The position numbers and the translations under genes were made by a program. Below the pieces are notes generated by a model. That model saw only the letters and a list, made by a program, of their open reading frames with translations, searched no databases and was not told the DNA's origin. A stretch of 44,697 nt of DNA from the IMG/VR virus record IMGVR_UViG_3300038675_000499, positions 1 through 44,697 of that record. The stretch is one strand, 5' to 3'. This DNA comes from a virus. Lineage: Duplodnaviria; Caudoviricetes. Shown one piece after another: positions 1 to 8,021 of this stretch (position 1 is the stretch's first letter; each line of letters begins with the position of its first letter).

Positions 1-55
1 CAAAGAGCGGATTTTGGAGAGGCTGAGAAAGCAGCATGAGCGCTATGTCGAAAGG
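1..55. repeat. Terminal direct repeat, identical to 44643-44697 (assembly overlap of a circular contig)
   Basis: caaagagcgg...tgtcgaaagg occurs at both ends; an ORF reads through the junction. Confidence 0.95.
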
Positions 56-170
56 TCCGATCGGCTATGGCGGCATCCATGCGAAGCATCGAGGACATCA
101 AAGGCGATTGCCATATCATATGGCCTAGCCATCGAGATCGTCGAGGCGGAATTTGCGAAGGAGGGGGAGG

Positions 171-344
171 ATGGAAAAGCATAAACCATGTCCGTTTTGC
201 GGAGGCAAACCAAAACTGGAATCAGCCGGGTATCGCACCAATATTTACTGCCAGAAGTGCGGGGCTTCGTCGCGCATGGTCCTTGGGACCGCACAGGCCA
301 TTGAGGCATGGGCCGCATGGGATGGCGACTGGAGGCGCAAATGA
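171..344 (+). CDS. Lar-like (restriction alleviation) zinc-ribbon protein
   Basis: KPCPFCGG...IYCQKCGA...AIEAW pattern; G-rich RBS before ATG 171. Confidence 0.7.
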   Translation: MEKHKPCPFCGGKPKLESAGYRTNIYCQKCGASSRMVLGTAQAIEAWAAWDGDWRRK

Positions 345-553
345 AAGTCTGCCCCACATGCGGCCAGGCGATCCCGGACCCCCGCGGCCCGAAGCGGATC
401 TGCGTCAAGTGCAAGCGCCCGATCCGCCGGCACGATCGCTGGCACTGCACGCCCACGGGGCCACAGCACAACGACTGCCTCGAGCCCGAGGGGGAAGTGG
501 AGGAGCGCCCGCAGCGGATGCTATCCGTGGTGAAGGAGGCCCAGAGTGCCTGA
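341..553 (+). CDS. Small Cys-rich hypothetical protein
   Basis: CPTC and CVKC motifs; ggagg RBS; ATG overlaps the previous stop. Confidence 0.6.
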   Translation: MKVCPTCGQAIPDPRGPKRICVKCKRPIRRHDRWHCTPTGPQHNDCLEPEGEVEERPQRMLSVVKEAQSA

Positions 554-803
554 CCTGGCGCAGGAGAAGGCCCAGCTCGTGCGGAGGAATTACGAGTTCT
601 GTGCTTGCGGCGAGTGCCCCGAGTGCGGCGCCGCCATCGAGTGGTGGTGGACGTCCAGGGGAAAGCTGGTCCCGCTGACGGCCGCAGACCTGCAGCCGCA
701 CTGGAAGATCTGCGGCAATGCGTTCAAGATCCCGCGGCCGGGACAGCGATCCCAGGACCGCAAACCAAAAACCGCGCACACCTACCACAGGGGGCGGAGA
801 TGA
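546..803 (+). CDS. Zinc-finger hypothetical protein (paralog 1)
   Basis: CPECGAAIEWW...LTAADLQPHWKIC; aaggagg RBS; GTG start. Confidence 0.6.
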   Translation: MPDLAQEKAQLVRRNYEFCACGECPECGAAIEWWWTSRGKLVPLTAADLQPHWKICGNAFKIPRPGQRSQDRKPKTAHTYHRGRR

Positions 804-1081
804 ATCAGCCACTTACAACCGGCCGAGAACTTCGGCAGGAACGTCTCGAGCAGCTGAAGGACTGGGGATGCTTCCGCAACTCGGTGCGGGAGTGCGTAGT
901 CTGCCACCAGGCGGTCGAGTGGTGGCTCGGGAAGCGGAGGAAATTTTTCCTCCTGACGGCAGCCAACCTGCAGCTGCACTCGGAGTGCTGCAGGGGCTGG
1001 TATCGTAACCGCCCGCCGTCCATTCCTACGCCGCATCTGCAGCAGGTGGCAGGGGCAAAACAATCAACCGGGAGAGAATAG
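800..1081 (+). CDS. Zinc-finger hypothetical protein (paralog 2)
   Basis: CVVCHQAVEWW...LTAANLQLHSECC; ATGA overlap with the previous gene. Confidence 0.6.
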   Translation: MNQPLTTGRELRQERLEQLKDWGCFRNSVRECVVCHQAVEWWLGKRRKFFLLTAANLQLHSECCRGWYRNRPPSIPTPHLQQVAGAKQSTGRE

Positions 1082-1332
1082 TGAAAACCACAACCACGAG
1101 GAGATCGGTCAGGCCACGATGGACGGCCGCAGAGGTGAAGTTTTTGAAGGCGCATTATCGCAGCTGGAGCAACGCCGAGATCGCCGACTACCTCGGCCGT
1201 AAGGTGTCCTCGGTGGTGTTCAAAGGACACCACATGGGGCTGTCGAAGGGCCCGCGGAGGCTCCGGGAAATGGGCCGCGAGAACATCGCCCACCGCTGGG
1301 GAGCCCCGGCCAGGGCGAAGCGGAGGCGGTGA
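1081..1332 (+). CDS. Small HTH/Myb-like DNA-binding protein
   Basis: RWTAAEVKFLKAHY...NAEIADYLGRKVSSV...MGLSK pattern. Confidence 0.6.
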   Translation: MKTTTTRRSVRPRWTAAEVKFLKAHYRSWSNAEIADYLGRKVSSVVFKGHHMGLSKGPRRLREMGRENIAHRWGAPARAKRRR

Positions 1333-1487
1333 TGGATCAGGACCAGGCGCTTACAATGCAGGAGCAGGTTCGCATGATAGGGGAGTTGGTCAAAACCATT
1401 ATTTCGACAGTAACCGTGGGGGTATTGTTGCTGATCGGTAGGGCTCTCCTGGCGCTGTTATCCGTTATTCCAGGACGGAGGCGATGA
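1332..1487 (+). CDS. Small membrane protein (51 aa, below the ORF-track cutoff)
   Basis: MDQDQALTMQ...TVTVGVLLLIGRALLALLSVIP; coupled to neighbours on both sides. Confidence 0.5.
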   Translation: MDQDQALTMQEQVRMIGELVKTIISTVTVGVLLLIGRALLALLSVIPGRRR

Positions 1488-1684
1488 TGCAGAAGATCTT
1501 CCGGATCGCGGCGCTGTTCTACTTCATCAGCGGCGTCCTTGCCAGTTGGCTGGTTCTGTTTAGCCAGGTCCTGGGCATCCAGCCCGCCGTCGACATCCTG
1601 CAAAAATCCAGCCAGCGGTCGATCCTCAGCGCGATCGCTGCGGCCGCCCTGTCGGTGGCATACGCACACAAGAGGCAGAAATGA
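1484..1684 (+). CDS. Small two-TM membrane protein
   Basis: Two hydrophobic segments; ggagg RBS. Confidence 0.55.
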   Translation: MMQKIFRIAALFYFISGVLASWLVLFSQVLGIQPAVDILQKSSQRSILSAIAAAALSVAYAHKRQK

Positions 1685-1699
1685 GCACCGAGCGGAGGA

Positions 1700-1930
1700 A
1701 TGAGAATAATGCATCTAGATAAAAATGACCTGATACAGACGCTTCAAAAGGTGGTGCCAGAAGATGGAATGATTGAGTTAACTATTGCTGCTGATGCCAT
1801 GGATGATGTGGCATTTTCTGGTAGTCCTATGCCTAGGGGGCAAGATCCATATAGCAATTACACAAGACAATCGCGTGCAATTTACTACAGGAATACTACG
1901 ATAACGTTAAACATCAAGAGTAGATTATGA
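1700..1930 (+). CDS. Hypothetical protein, AT-rich
   Basis: ggagg RBS; stop overlaps the xis start. Confidence 0.55.
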   Translation: MRIMHLDKNDLIQTLQKVVPEDGMIELTIAADAMDDVAFSGSPMPRGQDPYSNYTRQSRAIYYRNTTITLNIKSRL

Positions 1931-2163
1931 CTTCTGAAAATTCTGACATCATGAAATTGTCGGAGCTGGCGCGGAGGCTGAAGATCTCCCCCCGCACGCT
2001 CAAAAAGCACCTGCGGCACATGGATCACTATCGGCTCTCTCCCAGGAGCCCGATCATGATCCGCCGCAGCGACTTCGACGCCTACCTGGAACGGGTACGC
2101 CGGCCGGCGCAGGAGGACCCCGACGTCCGGGCCATCCTCGAGCGCGTGGCGGCGATGGGGTAG
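1927..2163 (+). CDS. xis: Excisionase-like MerR/HTH_17 protein
   Basis: MKLSELARRLKISPRTL...IMIRRSDFDAYL; lies directly upstream of the integrase. Confidence 0.7.
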   Translation: MTSENSDIMKLSELARRLKISPRTLKKHLRHMDHYRLSPRSPIMIRRSDFDAYLERVRRPAQEDPDVRAILERVAAMG

Positions 2164-2166
2164 ATC

Positions 2167-3444
2167 ATGGGCGTGACGTTACGGGAGACTCCGAAGGGAT
2201 CCGGCCGCTGGGTGATCTATATATCCAAGGGCCGGGCTCGGATGAATTACACCGTGCAGGGGGGCAAGGAGCGCGCGCAGCAGGTGGCCGAGCAGGTGGC
2301 CGCGATCCTCGACCTGGTCGGGTTCGATGGCGTGGCCGAGTTCCTCCGCCGCGGGACCCGCTCCGCCGACCCCGTCCCCACCGTCAAAACCTACGCCACC
2401 AGGTGGCTCGAGTACCTGGACAAAACGGACCTGAAGCGCTCGACGCGCATGATGTATGAATCGAACGTCCGGAACCACATTGTTCCCGAATTGGGAACAT
2501 ACCTGGTCACCGAGGTCGACTACGCGCTCCTGAAGGAGTTCCTGGCCACGAAAACCCAGAGCATATACTCCTCCGGGCGGTTCCGGGCTCCGAAAACGGC
2601 GAAGCAGTACGCAGGCAAGGAGCCCGTAGGACGCCGCTACAGCCGGGACACGATCCGGATCATGGCCATGACCCTCCGCGCCATTTTCCGGGAGGCGGTG
2701 AAGGACGGCCTGCTGCCGACCAACCCGGTCGAGGGATTGTCCCAGTTCTACCGGAAGAAGCGGAGGGACGTGCAGGTGCGGCGGTCGGACATCTACACCC
2801 TCGAGGAGCTGCACGCCATCGAGGACGTGCTCTCCGCCCGCCGGACTATATTCGGGGAGGACCTGGCGTTCAGCATGATGATGAGCCGGACCGGGGTCCG
2901 GATCGGGGAGGCGCGGGGGATCATGATCAGCGACCTGGATCCCCAGGAGCACGTGATCCACATCCGCCGCAACTTCCCATCCGGCCACCACGACCTCGAG
3001 GACAGCCCCAAAACGGAGCACTCGGAGCGGACGGTGGACGTGTCGCCGGAGCTCGAGGCGGAGCTGGGGGAGATGCTGCGCCGGCGCCGCGAGGCCCTCA
3101 TGGCGAAGGGAAAGCGCCTGGGGGCGGATGCCTGGATGTTCCCGGGCCCGTCAGGCGCCCCCGTCGACTACAAGGGGTTTTACGATCGATGGAACCGCGC
3201 CCAGGCCCTGGCAGAGGTGCGGCAGAGATCGCCGCACTCGCTGCGGCACACGTTTGCGTCCCAGATGCTGGCCGCCGGCGCCGACATCGCCTACATCTCC
3301 CGGCAGCTGGGGCACGCGAATCCGAGCATTACGCTGAGCATATATGTCCACTTTATCCCGGGCAAATCAGCAGGCGTCCGGGGTGTTTTGGACCGGGAGT
3401 TTGCATCAAAGTTGCATCACAAGGCAGGAGACGGGGAGAAATGA
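2167..3444 (+). CDS. int: Tyrosine integrase
   Basis: Catalytic motifs TGVRIGE, PKT, HSLRHTFAS, QLGH, SIYVH; attP directly downstream. Confidence 0.96.
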   Translation: MGVTLRETPKGSGRWVIYISKGRARMNYTVQGGKERAQQVAEQVAAILDLVGFDGVAEFLRRGTRSADPVPTVKTYATRWLEYLDKTDLKRSTRMMYESNVRNHIVPELGTYLVTEVDYALLKEFLATKTQSIYSSGRFRAPKTAKQYAGKEPVGRRYSRDTIRIMAMTLRAIFREAVKDGLLPTNPVEGLSQFYRKKRRDVQVRRSDIYTLEELHAIEDVLSARRTIFGEDLAFSMMMSRTGVRIGEARGIMISDLDPQEHVIHIRRNFPSGHHDLEDSPKTEHSERTVDVSPELEAELGEMLRRRREALMAKGKRLGADAWMFPGPSGAPVDYKGFYDRWNRAQALAEVRQRSPHSLRHTFASQMLAAGADIAYISRQLGHANPSITLSIYVHFIPGKSAGVRGVLDREFASKLHHKAGDGEK

Positions 3445-3624
3445 GTTTTCAGGGTGGGTGTAATTGATTTGTTTTCATGGAGCCAACGGCCGGAATCGAA
3501 CCGGCGACCTACTGATTACGAATTAATAACAACCCTTGAGAACACAGCATTTTGCGTCTAACTGATGCAAAATGACCCTCCTTTTCCTGCCTTTCAGGCC
3601 CGAGTTTGCATCATTTTTGCATCA
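3401..3624. repeat. Integrase arm-type sites (TTGCATCA repeats) flanking the att core
   Basis: Tandem copies at 3401-3408/3412-3419 and 3606-3613/3617-3624 (both pairs 11 bp apart); inverted copy TGATGCAA at 3563-3570. Confidence 0.75.
3478..3523 (-). other. attP core: 3' half of tRNA-Thr(CGT), not a complete tRNA
   Basis: Minus strand reads aTTCGTAAtcagtaggtcgccggTTCGAttccggccgttggctCCA: anticodon loop, T-arm, acceptor strand, CCA. The tRNA-like sequence stops at the anticodon loop. Confidence 0.9.
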
Positions 3625-3647
3625 TGATTTCGGTCGAAAGGTCTACC

Positions 3648-4628
3648 TTGTCTACCAAATTACCTTGGCTGCAATTCTACACTTCGGACTGGAGGAACGA
3701 TCCGAAGCTCTCCATGTGCAAACCCTCAACCCGTGGTATATGGATCGACGCTTTGAGCGCCATGCATGATGACGGCCGATCCGGAACACTCTCAGGCACG
3801 CTGTGTCAATTGACCCGCGTCCTGCGCTGTTCCGAATCCGAGCTTCATGACGCGCTCGATGACCTCACCGCCACCGGGGCCGCCGACGTAGAGCGCCGCA
3901 ACGGAATTGTCACGCTCGTAAATCGTAGGATGAGCCGGGAAGCTAAAGAGAGAGCCGACAATAAGATAAGGCAGCAAAGGCACCGTGAGGGGAAAACGGG
4001 TCACGATGATGGTAATGGATCGGTCACGCCTCCGTCACGCCTATCTGTATCTGATTCTTCTTCTCCGTTATCAGAAAAGAAAAAGGGGTCTGGGGGAAAG
4101 GAGAAACCGCCGCCGGCCCCAAGCACCGACCTGTTCCACTCGTTCTGGATCGAGTACCCGCGGCACGAAAACCCGCGAAAGGCCCGCGAGGCGTTCGACC
4201 GGGCCGGGATCACGCCAGAGCTGCTCGATCCGATCATCGACTGGCTCGCGGAAGCCCGGAAATCCGAGCAATGGCAGGATAAAACGAAAATACCGCACCC
4301 GACGACGTTCCTGAACCAGAGGCGGTGGGAGGGAGATCCGCCCCCGCCACCGGCGGCGAAGGCGCACGCCAGGGACACCGTCGGCCTGGCTGAGACCTAC
4401 CGTCCGCCGGAGCGGGACGTCTGCCCGAATTGCGAGGGGACCGGCCGCGTCCTGGTGGTGACGGGCGCCGCCGGGATCGTGGCCCGGGCGCCCTGGTCGG
4501 AGACTCGCCAGGCTGGACTGGCAGGGCCCGGGGAGCGGTGCAGGGTATATCGGTGCGCGTGCCGAATTGGGCGGCAGCACATGCACCTGGATCCGGAGCC
4601 GGCGCAGGATATCGAGGCGATTGCCTGA
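3648..4628 (+). CDS. Phage replication initiator (YdaU/DUF1376-like N-terminus)
   Basis: LPWLQFYTSDW...RGIWIDAL N-terminus; FHSFWIEYPR...HPTTFLNQRRWE C-terminal domain; probable TTG start after gaaagg. Confidence 0.8.
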   Translation: MSTKLPWLQFYTSDWRNDPKLSMCKPSTRGIWIDALSAMHDDGRSGTLSGTLCQLTRVLRCSESELHDALDDLTATGAADVERRNGIVTLVNRRMSREAKERADNKIRQQRHREGKTGHDDGNGSVTPPSRLSVSDSSSPLSEKKKGSGGKEKPPPAPSTDLFHSFWIEYPRHENPRKAREAFDRAGITPELLDPIIDWLAEARKSEQWQDKTKIPHPTTFLNQRRWEGDPPPPPAAKAHARDTVGLAETYRPPERDVCPNCEGTGRVLVVTGAAGIVARAPWSETRQAGLAGPGERCRVYRCACRIGRQHMHLDPEPAQDIEAIA

Positions 4629-4637
4629 GGAGGAGAT

Positions 4638-4865
4638 GTGGCACAGACGGAGAAGGTTATGGTAGACGCGGAACTCCCCCAGAAGCGGTTTTTCAGGCCA
4701 GACGAAGTGGCCCGATACCTGGAGCACGTATCCAAGCGGATGGTGTACCGATGGTGCCAGCTCGGGCGGATCCACTACATACGCTTCGGGCGCCGCACCG
4801 TGATCCCGCGGGAGGAGCTGGCCCGGCTGATGGTCGAGGGATGTCCACTGGAGGAGGAAAGGTGA
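4638..4865 (+). CDS. MerR/HTH_17 DNA-binding protein
   Basis: FFRPDEVARYL...VYRWCQLGRIHYIRFGRRTVIPREEL. Confidence 0.75.
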   Translation: MAQTEKVMVDAELPQKRFFRPDEVARYLEHVSKRMVYRWCQLGRIHYIRFGRRTVIPREELARLMVEGCPLEEER

Positions 4866-5539
4866 AATCGGAGGCTGAGCTTGCTGAGAAAGTGGTCGAT
4901 TTCCTTCAGGACCAGGGCTGGGAGATCTACCAGGAGGTCAAGGTCAAGTATTCGGGCGGCATCGCGGACATCGTTGCCGTCAGAGGACCAATAGTCTGGA
5001 TTGTCGAGTGCAAACTGAACTATGGGTTGCCCGTGATTTATCAGGCGCGGAACTGGGTGGGGAAGGTGCATTATGTGTCGGTCGCGGTGCTGCCCTCCCG
5101 GAACTTCTCTACCATCCTCGATGAGTACTGCCGCTGGAAGGGGATCGGCCGGATCCAGGTTAGAAGCATTCCCATAATTGAGGTACAGGCGAGGTTGACC
5201 CGCCGGCCCGTCCAGGCGAAGGCGATCATGGCCGACCTTTGTGAGGAGCAGAAGACGTTCGCGAAGGCGGGGAACAATAACTCTCGTTTCTACTCACCCT
5301 ACCAGCGAACCTGCGACCAGATCCGAAAGGTGGTCAAGCTCCGGCCGGGGATTTCCCTCAAGGAGCTGGTTTCGAGTATTGATCATCATTATGCCTCGAT
5401 CGCCTCCGCCAGAGGGAGCATTTCGTTCTGGGCCCAGAAGGGAAAGATTTCCGGGATTGAGGCAAAGAAGGAGTCGGGAAGGATTTTGCTCTATCCGAAT
5501 AACGATGAGATTTTGGACGAAATTGAGGTGAAGGGATGA
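4862..5539 (+). CDS. PD-(D/E)XK-fold nuclease-like protein
   Basis: QEV...GIADIVAV...WIVECKL motif; GTG start overlaps the previous stop. Confidence 0.65.
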   Translation: MKSEAELAEKVVDFLQDQGWEIYQEVKVKYSGGIADIVAVRGPIVWIVECKLNYGLPVIYQARNWVGKVHYVSVAVLPSRNFSTILDEYCRWKGIGRIQVRSIPIIEVQARLTRRPVQAKAIMADLCEEQKTFAKAGNNNSRFYSPYQRTCDQIRKVVKLRPGISLKELVSSIDHHYASIASARGSISFWAQKGKISGIEAKKESGRILLYPNNDEILDEIEVKG

Positions 5540-5826
5540 AGCCAGGATATTACTGGGGACGATTAAAGGGTGATCCGGTACCCATGGAGCCCTGCAAGGT
5601 GCAGGATGATGAAACGGTGTGGTTTTTTATGGACGAGTTTCACCCGATGAGTGTGGCCCGGCTGGAGTTCGGCCCCGAGATAATTCCACCTACCGAGGAA
5701 CGCATCGAAGCCGAAAAACTGTCATTCGAGCAATGGGACCGTCATCAGCGGGAAATATGGGCCGCCAGAAAAGCCGCGATTTTTCGGGACTTTGAGCGGC
5801 ATAAACGCGCGAAGGAGGAGATATGA
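5536..5826 (+). CDS. Hypothetical protein (MKPGxYW module)
   Basis: ATGA coupling; N-terminus similar to 6012-6563. Confidence 0.6.
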   Translation: MKPGYYWGRLKGDPVPMEPCKVQDDETVWFFMDEFHPMSVARLEFGPEIIPPTEERIEAEKLSFEQWDRHQREIWAARKAAIFRDFERHKRAKEEI

Positions 5827-5996
5827 ACTGGGAAGAAGCCGAGGAATATTTGAAAGTGGTCGAATCCGCCTACGCGGAGACCGGTAGCGCTGGGATATTT
5901 GCTGTGATCCACGTCATCCGACCCGTGCGGGACAGATTCAATAAGGGAGAGCGGACGCAAGAACTCTACGACGATATCATGGGGATCCAGCTTTAG
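5823..5996 (+). CDS. Hypothetical protein (57 aa, below the ORF-track cutoff)
   Basis: aaggaggag RBS; MNWEEAEEYLKVV...GERTQELYDDIMGIQL. Confidence 0.6.
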   Translation: MNWEEAEEYLKVVESAYAETGSAGIFAVIHVIRPVRDRFNKGERTQELYDDIMGIQL

Positions 5997-6011
5997 CGAG
6001 GGGGAGGATAA

Positions 6012-6563
6012 ATGAAACCAGGGATATATTGGGCCCAGCACAAAGACGCTACCGGTCGTCCGATGGAGCGGGTGAAGGTTGAGGATGGCGACACCCGAGC
6101 CTGGTTTATTCAGGATGGTGTGGAGGATTTTGCGATCGAGGATTTAAAATTCGGCCCACCGATCGCCCCCTGCCCACACTGCGGCAGCCAGGATTTGAGG
6201 CTATACCATACAAATCCATTGCCTTGGCCAAAACCATCAGAGCAATGGCAGGTAGAATGTGACGATTGCGAGGCAACTGGTGGTTATGGAAAAACGCAGG
6301 AAGATGCGATCGCAAAGTGGGATACCAGATTCCCGCCAGCAAACTATGCGGAGGAGCGCTTGAGGGTAATGGATATACTCGCGCAGCTGTATGGCCATCG
6401 CTGGGGTGTCAACCGGGAATCCACAACAGAATGGGATAAACTCATCTGCCCATTCTGCGGGAGGCCCCCATCGTGCGGCCACAGTGCGGCATGCTGGTGG
6501 GACTCAACTATCATGGATATCCGCTCTTTGATGCGCGCTATGGGAATGAAAATACCCAATTAA
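6012..6563 (+). CDS. MKPGxYW module fused to a Lar-like zinc ribbon
   Basis: PCPHCGS...VECDDCEATG...EDAIAKWDTR; further CPFC near the C-terminus. Confidence 0.65.
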   Translation: MKPGIYWAQHKDATGRPMERVKVEDGDTRAWFIQDGVEDFAIEDLKFGPPIAPCPHCGSQDLRLYHTNPLPWPKPSEQWQVECDDCEATGGYGKTQEDAIAKWDTRFPPANYAEERLRVMDILAQLYGHRWGVNRESTTEWDKLICPFCGRPPSCGHSAACWWDSTIMDIRSLMRAMGMKIPN

Positions 6564-6790
6564 TATCCCGAAACAGCACAAAACAGCACGAATGACCCCC
6601 AATAGCACAACTCCCCCGCCTCGATATTGCGTCTGCTCTCCATATCAGCGATAAAAGCTGTGACTGCAACAACATCTCCCTTGGTTGAGGTGGCTGGTCG
6701 TTCAGGGGTGGAAGGCCAGCCACCCTTCATGGGCCGGGACGAGCGCAACCCGGATAAAACACCATCGCTGAGTCGATCGACGACCTACCT

Positions 6791-7087
6791 ATGCCCAAGA
6801 TCAGAATCCGCAATCCCCGACCTGGCTGTGCGAAGTACACCACGGCTGGCCAGGCCGAGAGACTCGTCCGCAGGGGCGAGGCCGTGCTGTTCGGGAATGA
6901 GCTGGAGTTTCTGAGCGCGGCCGACCAGGCGCACATGCAGCGCATAGAGCGCCAGATCGCAGCTGACCGCAGGGGATCTGATGTCTACGTGGACCCCTAC
7001 TGCTACGAGATCATCGTCCGGAAGCTCCGATCAATCCCAACCGGTCCCGCCTTCCCCATAGTGCAGTTCGTGCGCGGGAGCTGCTGA
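6791..7087 (+). CDS. Hypothetical protein
   Basis: Stop overlaps the HNH start. Confidence 0.45.
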   Translation: MPKIRIRNPRPGCAKYTTAGQAERLVRRGEAVLFGNELEFLSAADQAHMQRIERQIAADRRGSDVYVDPYCYEIIVRKLRSIPTGPAFPIVQFVRGSC

Positions 7088-7596
7088 TGCCCAGAGCCAT
7101 CAGGCGGCCCTGCACTCACCCAGGATGCAGTGCCCTGGTGGATCCGCCCGCCAGGAGATGCCCCGCCCATACCAAGCAGGCGCGCGTGGAGGTGGACATC
7201 AGGAGAGGATCCGCTGCGAGCCGAGGGTATGACTCTCGGTGGCGTGCGGCGCGCGCGGCGTTTCTGTCTCGCCATCCGCTCTGTGCCCTGTGCCGTGCCG
7301 AGGGACGCTACACGCCGGCGTCTGACGTGGACCACATCCGACCCCACCGCGGGAACAACGACCTGTTCTGGGATCGGAGCAACTGGCAGCCGCTCTGCCA
7401 CAAGTGCCACAGCCAGAAGACGGCCCGGGAGGACGGGCGCTGGGGTGACCAGGTGGAGGCCAAGGGGGAGCGCGGCGGAGACCGACCCCCGGGGGGGCGG
7501 TCGGATCCCTGGCGGAAAGGCCGCGAGACCGGGCGCGCGCCTTCGCGTGAGAAATCGGGCATGGAGAATTCAGGAATTTTGAGAGGTGAGGGGTGA
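7087..7596 (+). CDS. Terminase-associated HNH endonuclease
   Basis: RGYDSRW...HPLCALC...DVDHIRPHRG...NWQPLCHKCHSQKT; position before terS. Confidence 0.92.
   Translation: MPRAIRRPCTHPGCSALVDPPARRCPAHTKQARVEVDIRRGSAASRGYDSRWRAARAAFLSRHPLCALCRAEGRYTPASDVDHIRPHRGNNDLFWDRSNWQPLCHKCHSQKTAREDGRWGDQVEAKGERGGDRPPGGRSDPWRKGRETGRAPSREKSGMENSGILRGEG
7481..7560. other. Candidate cos/packaging-initiation region
   Basis: GC-rich inverted repeat accgacccccgggggggcggt between the HNH domain and terS, the usual cos position in HK97-like phages; exact cut site not identifiable. Confidence 0.35.
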
Positions 7597-8021
7597 AATC
7601 TGGTCAGAGGCCGAAATCAGCCCGGATGAAATTGGTCCAGGGGAATGCCGGCCACGAGGCGGTGCGGGATCTGAAACGGGAGGCGGCCCGGGAACCGGAG
7701 CCCGACCTGGTCGAAGGGATCCCGGAGCCACCGCGGAAGCTCAAGGCTGAGGCAAAACGGGAGTGGGACCGCGTCGCAGCGCAGCTGGTGAAGACCCGGG
7801 TGCTGGCTGTGCACCAGCTCAGCATTCTGGCCAGCTACTGCGTCCTCCACGCGCACATCGTCAAGTGCGAGCAGCGGGGGGAAATAGCGACGGGCGCGGT
7901 TTACACCCAGTACCGCATGCTGGCGGCGGAATTCGGGCTCACTCCCAACTCAATCACGCGGGTAAAGGCACTTGGTGGCGAAGAAACCAGTAAAAAAGGC
8001 ATCCGGGCGTTCATCGGGTAA
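7593..8021 (+). CDS. terS: Terminase small subunit (P27-like)
   Basis: PEPPRKL...AKREWDRV...LASYC...AEFGLTPNS. Confidence 0.9.
   Translation: MKSGQRPKSARMKLVQGNAGHEAVRDLKREAAREPEPDLVEGIPEPPRKLKAEAKREWDRVAAQLVKTRVLAVHQLSILASYCVLHAHIVKCEQRGEIATGAVYTQYRMLAAEFGLTPNSITRVKALGGEETSKKGIRAFIG

Noticed and set aside
1-55. Biological terminal repeat of the virion DNA
   Set aside because: 55 bp equals a common assembler k-mer, falls inside an ORF and is far from the terminase/cos region.
3478-3523. Functional tRNA gene
   Set aside because: The D-arm and 5' acceptor strand are absent; this is an attP core.
3543-3560. 14/18 contiguous match between decoded segment S2 (CACAGCATCTTGCACTTA) and attP-flank cacagcattttgcgtcta
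   Set aside because: A rough estimate gives about 0.3 such matches per segment by chance over both strands of 45 kb, so it is not significant across seven segments.
6564-6790. Sigma-28-type late promoter (cagcgataa near 6647)
   Set aside because: Only a partial -10 resemblance, with no TAAA -35 at the expected spacing.
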